A stretch of 64,000 bases of DNA from Dipteris shenzhenensis (Eukaryota): NCBI GenBank assembly GCA_047967505.1, contig CM106538.1. One strand, given 5' to 3'. Shown here one piece after another: positions 38,026-49,758 of the stretch. The position numbers and the translations under genes were made by a program. The number at the start of each line of letters is the position of its first letter. The stretch's first letter is position 1. Below the pieces are notes generated by a model, which did no database searches, was not told the origin of the DNA, and saw only the letters and a program-made list of their open reading frames with translations.

Positions 38026-41000
38026 TTACAACTGAATAGAGTCTGATGAGTCCTCTTGAGGCTGTGATTCTCTAAGAGTACATTGAGTCTCTACTTGTGT
38101 GGATGGTGTACATTGAGATTCTACTTCTGTTGCAATCGGGATAGACTTAATCTCTTCCTCCTTTACAAGATGTGATGTTGTAGATGCACATTGAGTCTCC
38201 ACTTCTTGTGTAGGAAGAATGCATTGAGTCTCTAATTCAAGTGTAGACTGTAATGCTTCTACTTGAGGCTATGATACAGAAGGAGACTGAATTGTCTCTT
38301 CTTTTTCTTTGGCTCCCTCAGGTTCTTCATTGAGTCCATCATGTTGTTTCCCAATGATAGTAGTTAGATAGTGAACAGTCTTAGCCACAAAATCTTGTAG
38401 CTCGAGCTTGGTATATGCTTCTATGGAGACATGTTCAAAAATTTCATTGAGATACAACATGAAGTTGTAGGCAATTCTCCACCCACTACTAAACATGTCT
38501 TTTTGCTCCACTGCGAGGTGTGTCTGGAAATTTGGTTGGTCTTGATGCTCCCTAATTTTCATAATCGCAGAAACTAACTTGTTTGCAGACCTGCTGTCCA
38601 TCATGACATATGACAAAGTGAATTTGTGTAGTAAATAGTAAGATGCATGTTCATAATGATATGATAAAAGAACACTTACCTGAACACCCCATGAAAGCCT
38701 CTAATTGAGTTGACAAACCAACATTGGTTGTCATCAAGGTCCCATACTATCAAGCTCCAATGTGAACTACATCACCAATAAAGAGCGATAAGATTTATCA
38801 CAATATTAAGTATTAATTGACACAATATTATAACTAAGAGAGTAAAAGAAAGATTGAGACCATACTTACTTCTCATAGTATGGCATAAAGACAAGTAGTA
38901 TGCCATCCAAGTCTAAAGGTTGTAGAATTGAACAAACATCATCTACTGTCTTCTTGGTATCACTAAGTACAGCTGAAAGAAGAGAATCGAGCATACAGAT
39001 GCGATTCTGTACTGATCTAGGAAAATGAGATATAACTGTACTACTGCAGCAATAAATAAACAAATGTTAGAAGCAGATTGAATCAAATGATTGAAGTATC
39101 AAGTCAAGAGATGTTCATATCAAACCTGAGGATGGCCATCATGACTTTGTCATTAGCCTCTTTCAAAGGGTCGGAGAGGATTGTAACTTCGTCGCTACCA
39201 AAAGTCAAAACACAAGGTTGCTTGTAATGATGACCTTAACCTCAGAAGAGCTCCCCATTTCGTCCAATACAGCAGTTACATCAGGACAACTTATGGGCGT
39301 AGCAACCAATGTTTCCTCTGGATGCTCCACCACGTTATCAATAAATGCCTTAATGATAGATGACATAAATGCATATAGATGCAAGTCTGTATATGTGGAC
39401 AATGAGGTTTCACCGCCTCTCAAATTAAAAATTTGAGCAAGGAGCAAAAAGCAGTTATATCCAACTCTCCACCCACAATTGTGGTCATCATTTTGCTTCG
39501 TTGAAGGGCATGTTACATACTCTATTTGATCTTCCAAGTCACCCTCCATTTGCATAAGTGCATCTATAGCACTTACCAACTTTCGAGTAGATCTACACAT
39601 CAAAATAGAAAACATAAATGAATGTGCACATTGCATAGGATGCATCTCATTGACATAATTATGACACAAGTAGGTTATACTTACTCTGACACACTGCCAT
39701 GGATAGATGCTATTGAATTGACAAAGAAGCATTGCTTGGCTAAGATGTCCACAATTACCAAGCTCCAATGCAAGTTGCATTATCAATTAAGAATAATTAT
39801 TATTTGATATAATCCTCCACAATGTAAGAGATAAGCTAGGTAGGGACTGATACTCACTCCTCGTGATATGCGGTAAAGATAACTCGCACCGCAGTCAAAT
39901 CAATAGGTTGCAACCACTTAAAAACATCATCTATGGTCTTTTGCTTATTGCTAAGTACACTAGAAACAAGAGGATCGACCATATATGCACATCTTTGTAT
40001 ATATAGCGGAAGCTGTTGTAAAACCATACTGCAATAAAAAGAAAAGAATATTAGTTCATTTGATCCAATGGAAATACAAAAGCATAAAGTCAGTAAAAAG
40101 TTTGTGTCAAACCTGAGGATGGCTATTATAACCTTGTCATTGACCTCTTTCTTGAAGTTTATGAGGATTGAAATGTCCTCTTCATCGAATATAAAAGTAA
40201 GAGGTTGTTCTCGAACTTGAAACCTAACTTGAAATGACTTCTCCATTTGCTGCAATGTATGATTATTTTCTAGAGTCATCCGACGGATAGCCAGAGCAGC
40301 TTTGCTTTCTTGAGATGAGCTTTCTATATTCTCTGCTCCAGCTATGTCCTCCTCATCCTCCTCCTCTCCCTTCTCCTATAAAAGGATAAAATAATTATGA
40401 GATTCAAAATTTTAAATTAATTATAAATTTAAAAAGACCTTTAAATGAATAAAGAAAATTAAACATAAGTCTTCATACCTCTACATATCTTCGTGGTCTT
40501 TTTATGTAACCTTCAGAGGCAAGGTCTGTGTCATATCCATCTTCTTCTGCTTCCTTGCTATCACTGGTGTCCTCACTATCATATCCAGAGCTTTGATCTT
40601 TTTCATCATCTTTCTTGCTCTCATCATACATGATCATCTCTATGTCATCCTCTTCATGTGAGATCGGACCTTTCTTATCAAACTTTATTGTGAGAGAAGC
40701 CACGGTATCAAGGTATTCCAAGCAAGTAGGGCTCTCAATAATATTTACATTGTGTCCTTTTCTTATAAGTGCTTCAAACAGATGTCCCATTCGGCACAAT
40801 GTGACTTCCCATCTGGACGGTAGCAAAAATTCCATCATACTAATTAAAAGATCAGCACTTTTTGCTGGCCTTTCATAGTGATTTGCGTTGCGATGGAGGG
40901 GACTTGGAGCTTCATGCTCTTCCAGCAGTAGTTGCAATCTCTTTGCATTCCCTCTTATATTGTTTTGTAAGGAGTGATCATTGTAAGGGCTCTTCATGCA

Positions 41001-43862
41001 CAAGAAAAAGGTTTCTAGACTCTGTATCTTGAGACCGCATTCTCTCTTGTCCCTTTTTCTTGAGTATATCCCATTGTAAATCTTGAGCTCATTGCCATAT
41101 TGTTTTTCTAGGGTAGCAGACATTTGTTCCTTGTCATCTTTATCAGCAAATATGACTATATTACATTGTCCCACTCTACCAATGGTGGTATGTAATATTC
41201 TGTCAAGGAGTTGACGGATGTCATCCGGTGATATTTCATAGACAAAGAAAAGCTGAGGTCTCTCCCAAGCAGTGTCGTCGGACAAAAAATCACTCAATGA
41301 AACTCCCTTGCACTCAACACTCTTTCCAGACTCTGAAATGATTTCATGTATGAAATAAAAACCCTTGTTCAAAGTTTTTTCTTTTCTGAGAGTGTGGTTA
41401 TTGATGACTTTTTGTGCATATGCATACACATTTTCCGGAATGTCACTTCTCATAGAGGGAGTAATTTCAGATCCATCATCTTCTACCTTCACCCATTTAT
41501 GCGCCCAAGCCTTCTGTTTAGCTGACGGTAAAGCTGATGCCATCTGCCTCACAATGTTATGATCAATTTTACATTGGCTAATTGGAATATTTTTTTCTCC
41601 CAATAAATATTCAATTGCACTCTTTACTGCATCACGCTTGACCTGTTGGATGATGCAATCTTCCATGCAATGATCTTTATCCTTTTTGCCAAAAAACCAT
41701 TCTTTGGACATTAATTTCTGTGCAGCAAGACTTGCGTATTTGTCTGGTAGGTTTCTTAAAGGCCTCCACATCCGAGCTGTCATCTCTTTTTTCTCAATCT
41801 TCTTTGCCCTCTCTTTAATCAATGATGGAGCCTCATATGTAACATCTCCTTTCTCACATGCAAGACACACGTCTTTGATCTGATGAAAAACTTCATCACT
41901 ACGGAAAAGTATGCTTGTGTAGTCTTGAAACCTATCCCTTACTGTCTTGAAGCTTGTAATCACCTCTGCTCTTTACTGCTTTCCCCTTGGTACAATGGCA
42001 CTCAAGCATGTGTAGAAGTCAACAAGATTATCCGCTTCCACTTTAGTTGCAGTTCTTTTGAGAGTGGTCAAAGGAGAAATAAAAGTTTTCCATATGGTCC
42101 TAGCTTTGAGCAACATCTCTGAAGTGGAGGTGATTTTTCGTAGTGCATAAATGTCATGATTAAGTCTTTCCGACTCAATCAAATATTTTTTCTCGTTCTT
42201 GAAGATACAGATGCATGCAGAATAGTAGTGAAATTGAGGCACACTCGCGAAGGTTTGATAAGTAATTTCTCCTTTCTTGTATGCATCTCTAGAGCGCTCA
42301 TTACAAGCATAGGCATAGTGCTGACCATCTATTGCCTCAAATGTACAATGAGCTAAGAAATTTCTCTTGGCATCCCTTATATGTCGTTCTGGATCATTCA
42401 CTGAACTCTGTCCTTCTTGAAGTGAGGGAACTTGTTTTCCGAGGAACTTAGTGAATTGCATCTCAAAATCTATAGGCTGAGAGAAATTGATGGATTGACT
42501 ATAATCTCCCACGACTGGCCAAAATGTTCTTGGACGGAGTACCAAATTAGAAACAATTGGTTTTTTTCCATCAATCAAAGCCTGAAAAATCTTTTCAGCA
42601 TAGGCTATATCTAAGGTCCCACTGTTGGTGAAGGCACTTGCTTTGACCACTGTTGAAGCATGTATAACTTGAGTCTTCTGGCCCCATATATATCCTGGAT
42701 CCTCATCTGTCACAGCCTCATTCAAGCGAAGATTTAGGTTCTTCATTGATAACATTTCTCCTTCTAGATCTGACTCCATTTCAAGACCCTCTGCATCCTC
42801 TTCATGTTCTTCCTCTTCTCTTCTTTGCCCTTTCTTTGTATATGAACGACCTCTTTTTCCAGTTATAGGACTTGGAATTGTAGCTCGTGAAGTACTTGCC
42901 TTTTGCATTTGACGTCGAGGTTTATTTTTTAGGGGCTCAATGTGAACTGCTTTAGATCGCCCTACTTCTTCTTCTATTGCCTCAACTTCAGGTATACTTA
43001 AGGGCTTCACTTGTTCTGTTATTCCATCAACTTCATGAGTTACACCATCTAAGTGAGTAATACCATGAACAAGAGATGTGTGTGCATGTCCTGTCTTATC
43101 TGCATGTCGTGTCTCACTCAATTCAATTTCTGTCTGAGATGCATGTGCATGTCCGGTCTCCACCAATTCAATTCCTGTCTCAGATGTAGATCCCTTGTAA
43201 GCATCCACGTGTACAAGACCCTCATCCATTGCTACAATGTGTTCTGTCTCATCCACTCCACTTCCTCTCTCATTTGTATTACCATGAACCAGGTCTACAT
43301 GGCGTGTCTCATCACTTCCTTTCTCATGTGTGGATTCTTGCACCTTAGGTCCCTCCAATGAAGTTGAACCTTGTTGGATGACACCCTGAAAGTATTCAAG
43401 GATAATCTTTGACTGCATTTTTCTTGCTTCCTCAATGGGAAATTCCTCCCACACATGTTGAAGGATCTCCAATGCAGGAACCAATTCAGGAAATCTAGGT
43501 GCTTTTGGCGGCGGCATCACAAAGTGCATTGCATCTTTCTTAGAAAGAAGAAACGATCTGTTGCTCATTCTTGACTTTGTGTAAATCATCATTGTACTGC
43601 TGTCTTTTTCAATTTTTATTCCTACTAAGGTGCCCCCTTGAATCAAATTGCTCTTTGAGAAAAATACATTTGATGCCCACTCATCTTTCTCCAACTCTCT
43701 CTTTGTCATCACTAGAATGAGATTTCCTTTACTTAAGACCAAGAACCATGCTTTCTTTGTTGTGTCAACAACTGTCTAGTTTGTGAAGTCCTTTGGGGCA
43801 TAAATTCTTCCATTGTATTTCAGTGTCATACCATTGAAAAATGCTGTAGCCTCAAGATCCAT
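38026..43862 (-). pseudogene. Cargo gene copy B: ParB/Srx-like domain + degenerate N6/N4 DNA-MTase-like fold + two Ulp1/C48-like modules; few nonsense lesions
   Basis: One long first coding frame 43862-40473 with in-frame stops at ~43777 and 41973; EAIDGQHYAYA; ERPAKSADLLISMMEFLL; spliced HWSL / QNDDHNCGW and HWSL / EQKDMFSSGW modules at 40380-38269. Confidence 0.75.
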
Positions 43863-44324
43863 CCTGTATTCAAGCACAACACAAATTTTAAGTACTTTGA
43901 CAAACTACAATTACTTTGAAAAATCAAAAGTAAAATGAGTCCCATTAATACACCTCAAGTTTTTATTCTTCCCAATCATATAAGTATCAATTTCATGCTT
44001 TGGGAATAGCCTAAAAGGCTTTACAAGGCTTAGAGCATAAATTCTTTGGGAATAGCCTAAAAGGCTTTACAAGGCTTGGAGCATAAATGTGAAAAAAAAT
44101 AAGGATTTACAATGATCTCTGAATACAAATTTGAAGTCTGTCATATATAAGTGCAAAATGCTCTGTCAACTCCCGCAACTGATATAAGTGTAAAATGCTC
44201 TGTCAACTTCCACAACTGTAATCTGTCATGTCCACTGATACAACTTTCAATCATCTTGAAAGTTTAAAATTCTTAATCGTTGCTTAAATGGTAGGGTGGT
44301 TGTGACTGTGAAACCGAATGTGAA

Positions 44325-44465
44325 CGAATGGACTGACTCCGATTAGGAACTAGTCGGGAAATTTTGAGCATGGCTTTGATTGGTTTTTTTGGAGTTCTCT
44401 CCTCTAAGGACAAACTAATCTATGCTAATCTAGACTACACCAACCGTCAAAGCGAAGAAAAGCAA
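44325..44465. promoter_or_regulatory. Conserved non-coding block upstream of cargo gene copy B
   Basis: Homologous to 34505-34650. Confidence 0.55.
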
Positions 44466-44919
44466 GAAATAATTTCTTTTCCATTGTTCTTTTTAATATC
44501 CTTAGGTTGCGAATTAAAAGCAAAAAATAATCTATTTTCCATTATTCTTTTTAATACACTAAGGTTGTGAGTTTAAAAAAGATAAAATTTATATTTTATC
44601 TTTTTTAAACTCACACCCCTTTCTCTCTCTCTCCCCCCCTTCTCTCCCCCCCCTTCTCTCTCGCTGCCGCCCCCATCCTCCCACCCCACCTTCCCCATTC
44701 TCACTCCCACGCCCACGTCCATTCTTTCACCTTCCCCATTCCCACTCCCTCTCCCACTCCCATCCTCCCACCCCTTTCTCTCTCTCTCCCCCCCCATTCT
44801 CTCTCGCTGCCGTGGCAGTGGCCCCCCCCTTCTCTCTTTCTCCCTTCCCCTTCTCATTTTAAAAAAGATAAAATTTATATTTTCAAAAACTAATTTACTT
44901 ACAACTCATAAGAATTGAA

Positions 44920-46078
44920 CATTCACATTAATAAGAAGTTAAAATCTAAATAAATTTGAATTTAAGTAATAAAAACTATAAAGTAGTTTAACTTAAAGTT
45001 TATGAAAAAATAACGTAAAATAAAGAAAACAAGACTTAAAATTAAAATTTTAATATTTACCTACATTCACATTAATAAGAAGTTAAAATCTTAATAAATT
45101 TGAATTTCAATAATAAAAACTATAAAGTAGTTTAACTTAAAGTTTATGAAAAAATAACATAAAATAAAGAAAACAAGACTTAAAATTAAAAATTTAATAT
45201 TTACCTAGAAGAATATATTAATTCTCCCTAAAAAGAAATACATTAAAGTAATAATAACGAATGTAAGTTAAACTACTTTTAAATTTTTAATTTAAAATGT
45301 AATAAAATTAAAATTATACTTTTTATATTCCAAAACAAAATGCATTATAGTCTAAATTAAACTAGTAAATTGAAAATGAAAGTGAAACTCATTTTAAATT
45401 CAAAAACAAAGAAAAATTTAAAATTCAAGTTTCTACAAGTTTTGCTTTTAGCATACATTTGTCTTTTCACATCCACGCGTTTGTCTTTTGAAACACAAGG
45501 TTGTCTTTTATCACAATTTTCACATCCACGCGTTTGTCTTTTGAAACACAAGGTTGTCTTTTATCACAATTTTCAAGTTTTCACACGTTTATCTTTTCAA
45601 ACACAAGGATTCATAGTTTAAAAAAAGGCGAGAAATTTGAAATTCTAGTTTCCACACGTTTCTCTTTTTAAACACCAAGGTTTATAGTTTTGTTTGTTTA
45701 AGTTTCGACTAAATCACACACGATTCTCCTCTAATATGCCTCATTGATCGTACCTCCCAAATTCTTCCATCAAAACATCTCTCCTTTATCTCTTCTTGAT
45801 CGTCGCCCACTCATTTTTTCTCCTCATTGGTAAGATTTTCTATCTCGATCGTACTTTCTCTTGTGCCCTTCCTCTCTAAATTTTCATCAAACACCAAGGT
45901 TTATAGTTTTGTTTGTTTAAGTTTCGACTAAATTACACACCAATCTCCTCTCATATGCCTCATTGATCGGAGCTCCTTTATCTTGTCTCGATCGTCGCCC
46001 ACTCATTTCTCCTCTTCATTGGTAAGATTTTCTATCTCGATCGTACTTTCTCGTGTCCTCCCTCTCTAAATTTTCATC
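44920..46078. repeat. AT-rich spacer with several local tandem duplications (~143, ~54, ~218 bp)
   Basis: 44920-45063 vs 45064-45206; TTTTCACATCCACGCGTTTGTC twice near 45465-45545; 45670-45890 vs 45891-46078. Confidence 0.75.
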
Positions 46079-46079
46079 T

Positions 46080-48400
46080 CTCGTCCATCTCTCTCACTCT
46101 TCTCTCTCTCTCTCTTTCCTCTTCGCTCTAGTCTACGTTTCCTCTCATCTTAGTCTACTCTCTCCCCTCCTCTTCATTTCCCCTCTCTCTCTCTCTCTCC
46201 CTTTCTCCTCACCTTTTCCCTCTCTCTCACTTGTGCTCCCCACTCTCTCTCTCACTTGCCGCGGCCTCCCCCCTCTCTCTCTCTCCCCTCCCCTCTCTCT
46301 CTCTCCCCCCCTCTCTCCCTCTCGCTGCCGCGGCAGCGGCCTCCCCCCCTCTCTCTCTCTCTCCCCACTCTCTCTCTCTCTCTCTCCCCCCCACCCTCTC
46401 TTTCGCTGCCGCGGCAACGGCCCCCCCTCTCTCTCTCTCTCTCCCCCCTCTCTCTCGCTGTGCCTCTCCCTCTTCTCTCTCTTTCTCCCCCCCCTCTTCT
46501 CTCTCTCCCCCCCACCTCCCGCGGCAGCGGCCTCCCCCCTGTCTCTCTCTCCCCCCATCCTCTCTCGCTGTCGCGGCAGCGGCCCCCCCTACTCTCTCTC
46601 TCTCCCTCCCCCTCTCTCTCGCTCTCGCATCCCCCCCTTCTCTCTCTCCCCCCTGCTCCTCTCTCGCTGCTGCGGCAGCGGCCCCCCCCTCTCTCTCTCC
46701 CCTCCCCTCCCCTCCCTCTCCCCCCTCTCTCTCTCTCCCCCCCTCTCTCTCGCTGCCTCCCTTATCTCTCTCCCCCCCTCCTCTCTCGCTACCGCGGCAG
46801 CGGCCCCCCCCTCTCTCTTCCCTCTCCCCCCCCGCGACCCCCCCTCCTCTCTCTCTCTCCCTCCCCCTCTCTCTCGCTCTCGCATCCCCCCCTTCTCTCT
46901 CTGCCCCCCCTCCTCTCTCACTGCCGCGGCAACAGCCCCCCTCTCTCTCTCCCCTCCCCTCCCCTCCCTCTCCCCCCCCTCTCTCTCGCTGCCCCCCCTT
47001 ATATCTCTCCCCCCCTCCTCTCTCGCTACCGTGGCAGCGGCCCCCTCTCTCTCTTCCCTCTCCCCCCCCTTCCCTCTCCTCCCCTCCCCCTCTCTCGCTG
47101 CCGCGGCAGCGGCTCCCCCCTCTCTCTCTCCCCTCCCCTCCCCTCCCTCTCCCCCCTCTCTCTCTCTCCCTCCCCTCTCTCTCGCTGCCCCCCCTCTCTC
47201 TCTTCCCCCCTCCCTCTCTCGCTGCCGCAGCAGCAGCAGCGGCTCCCCCCTCTCTCTCTCCCCTCCCCTCCCCTCCCTCTCCCCCCTCTCTCTCTCTCCC
47301 TCCCCTCTCTCTCGCTGCCCCCGCCCCCCCCTTCCCTCTCCCCCCCTCCCCCTCTCTCGCTGCCGTGGCAGTGGCAGCAGCCCCCCCTTCTCTCTCTCCC
47401 CCTCCCCTCTCTCTCGCTGCCTCCGCCCCCCCTTCCCTCTCCCCCCCCTTCCCCTCTCTCGCTGCCGCGACAGCGGCAGCGGCCCCCCCTTCTCTCTCTC
47501 CCCCTCCCCTCTCTCTCGCTGCCCCCGCTCCCCCCCCTTCCCTCTCCCCCCCCTCCCCCTCTCTCGCTGCCGCGGCTCCCCCCTCTCTCTCCCCCCTCCC
47601 CTCCCCTCCCTCTCCCCCTCTCTCTCGCCGCCCCCCCTTCTCTCTCTCCCCCCTCCCTCTCTCGCTGCCGTGGCAGCGGCAGCGGGCCCCCCCTCTCTCT
47701 CTCTCCCTCCCCTCTCTCTCGCTGCCCCTGCCCCCCCTTCCCTCTCCCCCCCTCCCCCTCTCTCGCTGCCGTGGCTCCCCCCTCTCTCTCTCCCCTCCCC
47801 TCCCCTCCCTCTCCCCCCTCTGTCTCGTCGCCCCCCCTTCTCTCTCTCCCCCCCTCCCTCTCTCGCTGCCACGGCAGTGGCAGCGGCAGTGGCCCCCCCC
47901 TCTCTCTCTCCCCCTCCCCTCTCTCTCGCTGCCCCCCCTTCTCTCTCTCCCCCCTCCCTCCTCTCTCGCTGCCGCGGCAGCAGCCCCCCCTCTCTGTCTC
48001 TCCCTCCCCTCTCTCTCGCACCCCCCCTCTCTCTCTCCCCCCTCGTTCCTCTCTCGTTGCCGCGGCAGCCCCCCCCCTCCTCTCTCTCCCCCCTCCCCCT
48101 CCTCCCTCTCCCTCCCTCTCTCCGCTGCCGCGACAACCCTCCCCTCCCTCTCCCCTCCCCTCTCTCTCCCCTCCCCTCCCCCCCTCCCCCCCTCTCCGCT
48201 GCCGCAGCAGCGGCCTCTCCCTCCCCTCTCTCTCTCCCCCCCCTCGCGACTTCCCCCCTCTCTCCCCTCTCTTCCCCCCCTCCCCCTTCTCTCCCCCCTC
48301 CCTTTCTCTCCCCTCTCTTTCGCCCCCCTTCTCTCCTCTCTGTCCCTCTCTCTTTCTCTCTCTCTTTTGCTCTATATTCTCTCTCTCTTATATTCTCTCT
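46080..48400. repeat. Polypyrimidine tract with about 20 copies of the 16-bp palindrome CGCTGCCGCGGCAGCG
   Basis: Perfect copies at ~46323 and ~47096, variants roughly every 100 bp. Confidence 0.85.
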
Positions 48401-48469
48401 CTAAAAATCTTTCCTTCACTTTTCTCTCTCTATAATAAAATTTCAAAGAATACAAATTTTAAAAAAAGT

Positions 48470-48670
48470 ACCTGGAAAAAAGTTGAAATCGATGCTTGTG
48501 CTTGCTTGTGCTTGCTTTTGCTCTTCCTCCTCTTTTTGCTTCTCCTCTTGCTCTTCCTTGTTGAAATGAGAGAAACAATGAGAGAAGGAGAGTATATATA
48601 AGAAAAACTAGGGTTTTAAGTGCTTCTCTCTCATTGGTCCTTCTATAACATTATCTCCTCTCCCATTGGC
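48470..48670 (-). promoter_or_regulatory. Putative minus-strand promoter and non-coding first exon (CCAAT boxes, telo-box, TATA, CAG|GTAC donor)
   Basis: ATTGG at ~48633 and ~48665; CTAGGGTTTT 48608-48617; TATATATAAG 48593-48602; GTACCTGGAAAAAA at 48468; same layout at 55020-55310. Confidence 0.55.
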
Positions 48671-48696
48671 CTCTCTATTAGATTATCTCTCTCTCT

Positions 48697-49680
48697 CCCA
48701 CCCACTCCCATCCTCCCACCCCATTCCCACTCCCACTCCCACCCCCATCCTCCCACCCCACCTCCCCCATTCTCACTCCCACGCCCACGCCCATTCTTTC
48801 ACCTTCCCCATTCCCACTCCCTCTCCCACTCCCATCCTCCCGCCCCACCCCTCCCACTCCCACCCTCACCCCACCCCCACCTCCCCCATTCCCACTCCCA
48901 CTCCCACTCCCATTCTCCCACCCACTCCCATCCTCCCACCTACACCTCTCACTCCCACTCCCATCCTCCCACCCCCACCCCTCCCCCCCCATTCCCACTC
49001 CCACTCCCATTCTCCCACCTTTATCCTCCCACCTCACCCCTCCCACTCCCATCCTCCCACTCCCTCTCCCACTCCCACTCCCACTCCCATTTTCCCACCC
49101 CCCCACCTCCCCCATTCCCACTCCCACTCCCATTTTCCCACCCCCCCCACCTCCCCCACTCCCACTCCCTCCCCCATCCTCCCACCCCACCCCTCCCACT
49201 TCCACCCCCACCTCCCCCATTCCCACTCCCATCCTCCCACCTCACCCCTCCCACTTCCACCCCCACCTCCCCCATTCCCACTCCCTCTCCCACTCCCATC
49301 CTCCCACTCCCACTCCCCACCCCTCCCACTCCCACTCCCATCCTCCCACCCTCACCCCACCCCCACCTCCCCCATTCCCACTCCCTCTCCCACTCCCACT
49401 CCCATCCTCCCACCCCCACCCCCACCCCCACCTCCCCATTCCCACTCCCTCTCCCACTCCCACTCCCATTCTCCCACCCCCACCCCCACCCCCACCCCCA
49501 CCTCCCCATTCCCACTCCCTCTCCCACTCCCACTCCCATCCTCCCACCCCCACCCCCACCCCCACCCCCACCGCCCCCATTCCCACTCCCTCTCCCACTC
49601 TCCCTTTCTCCCACTACCACCCTCCCACACTCCCTTTCTCCACTTTCCCACTCTCCCTTTCTCCCACTACCACCCTCCCA
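48697..49680. repeat. (CCCACT)n/(CCCCCA)n hexamer tract, G-rich on minus strand
   Basis: Direct reading; essentially no G on the plus strand. Confidence 0.88.
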
Positions 49681-49758
49681 ACTATCAATTCCACTATTAC
49701 TTATGAATTCTAATTAAAACTATTACTTAAATAAATGATATTACTTGAAAACACTCAT

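Noticed and set aside
46053-49717. Very long Pro/Ser/Leu- or Gly/Arg/Glu-rich ORFs (up to 783 aa) in several frames
   Set aside because: Artefacts of stop-free CT and CCCACT low-complexity DNA; open on both strands in multiple frames
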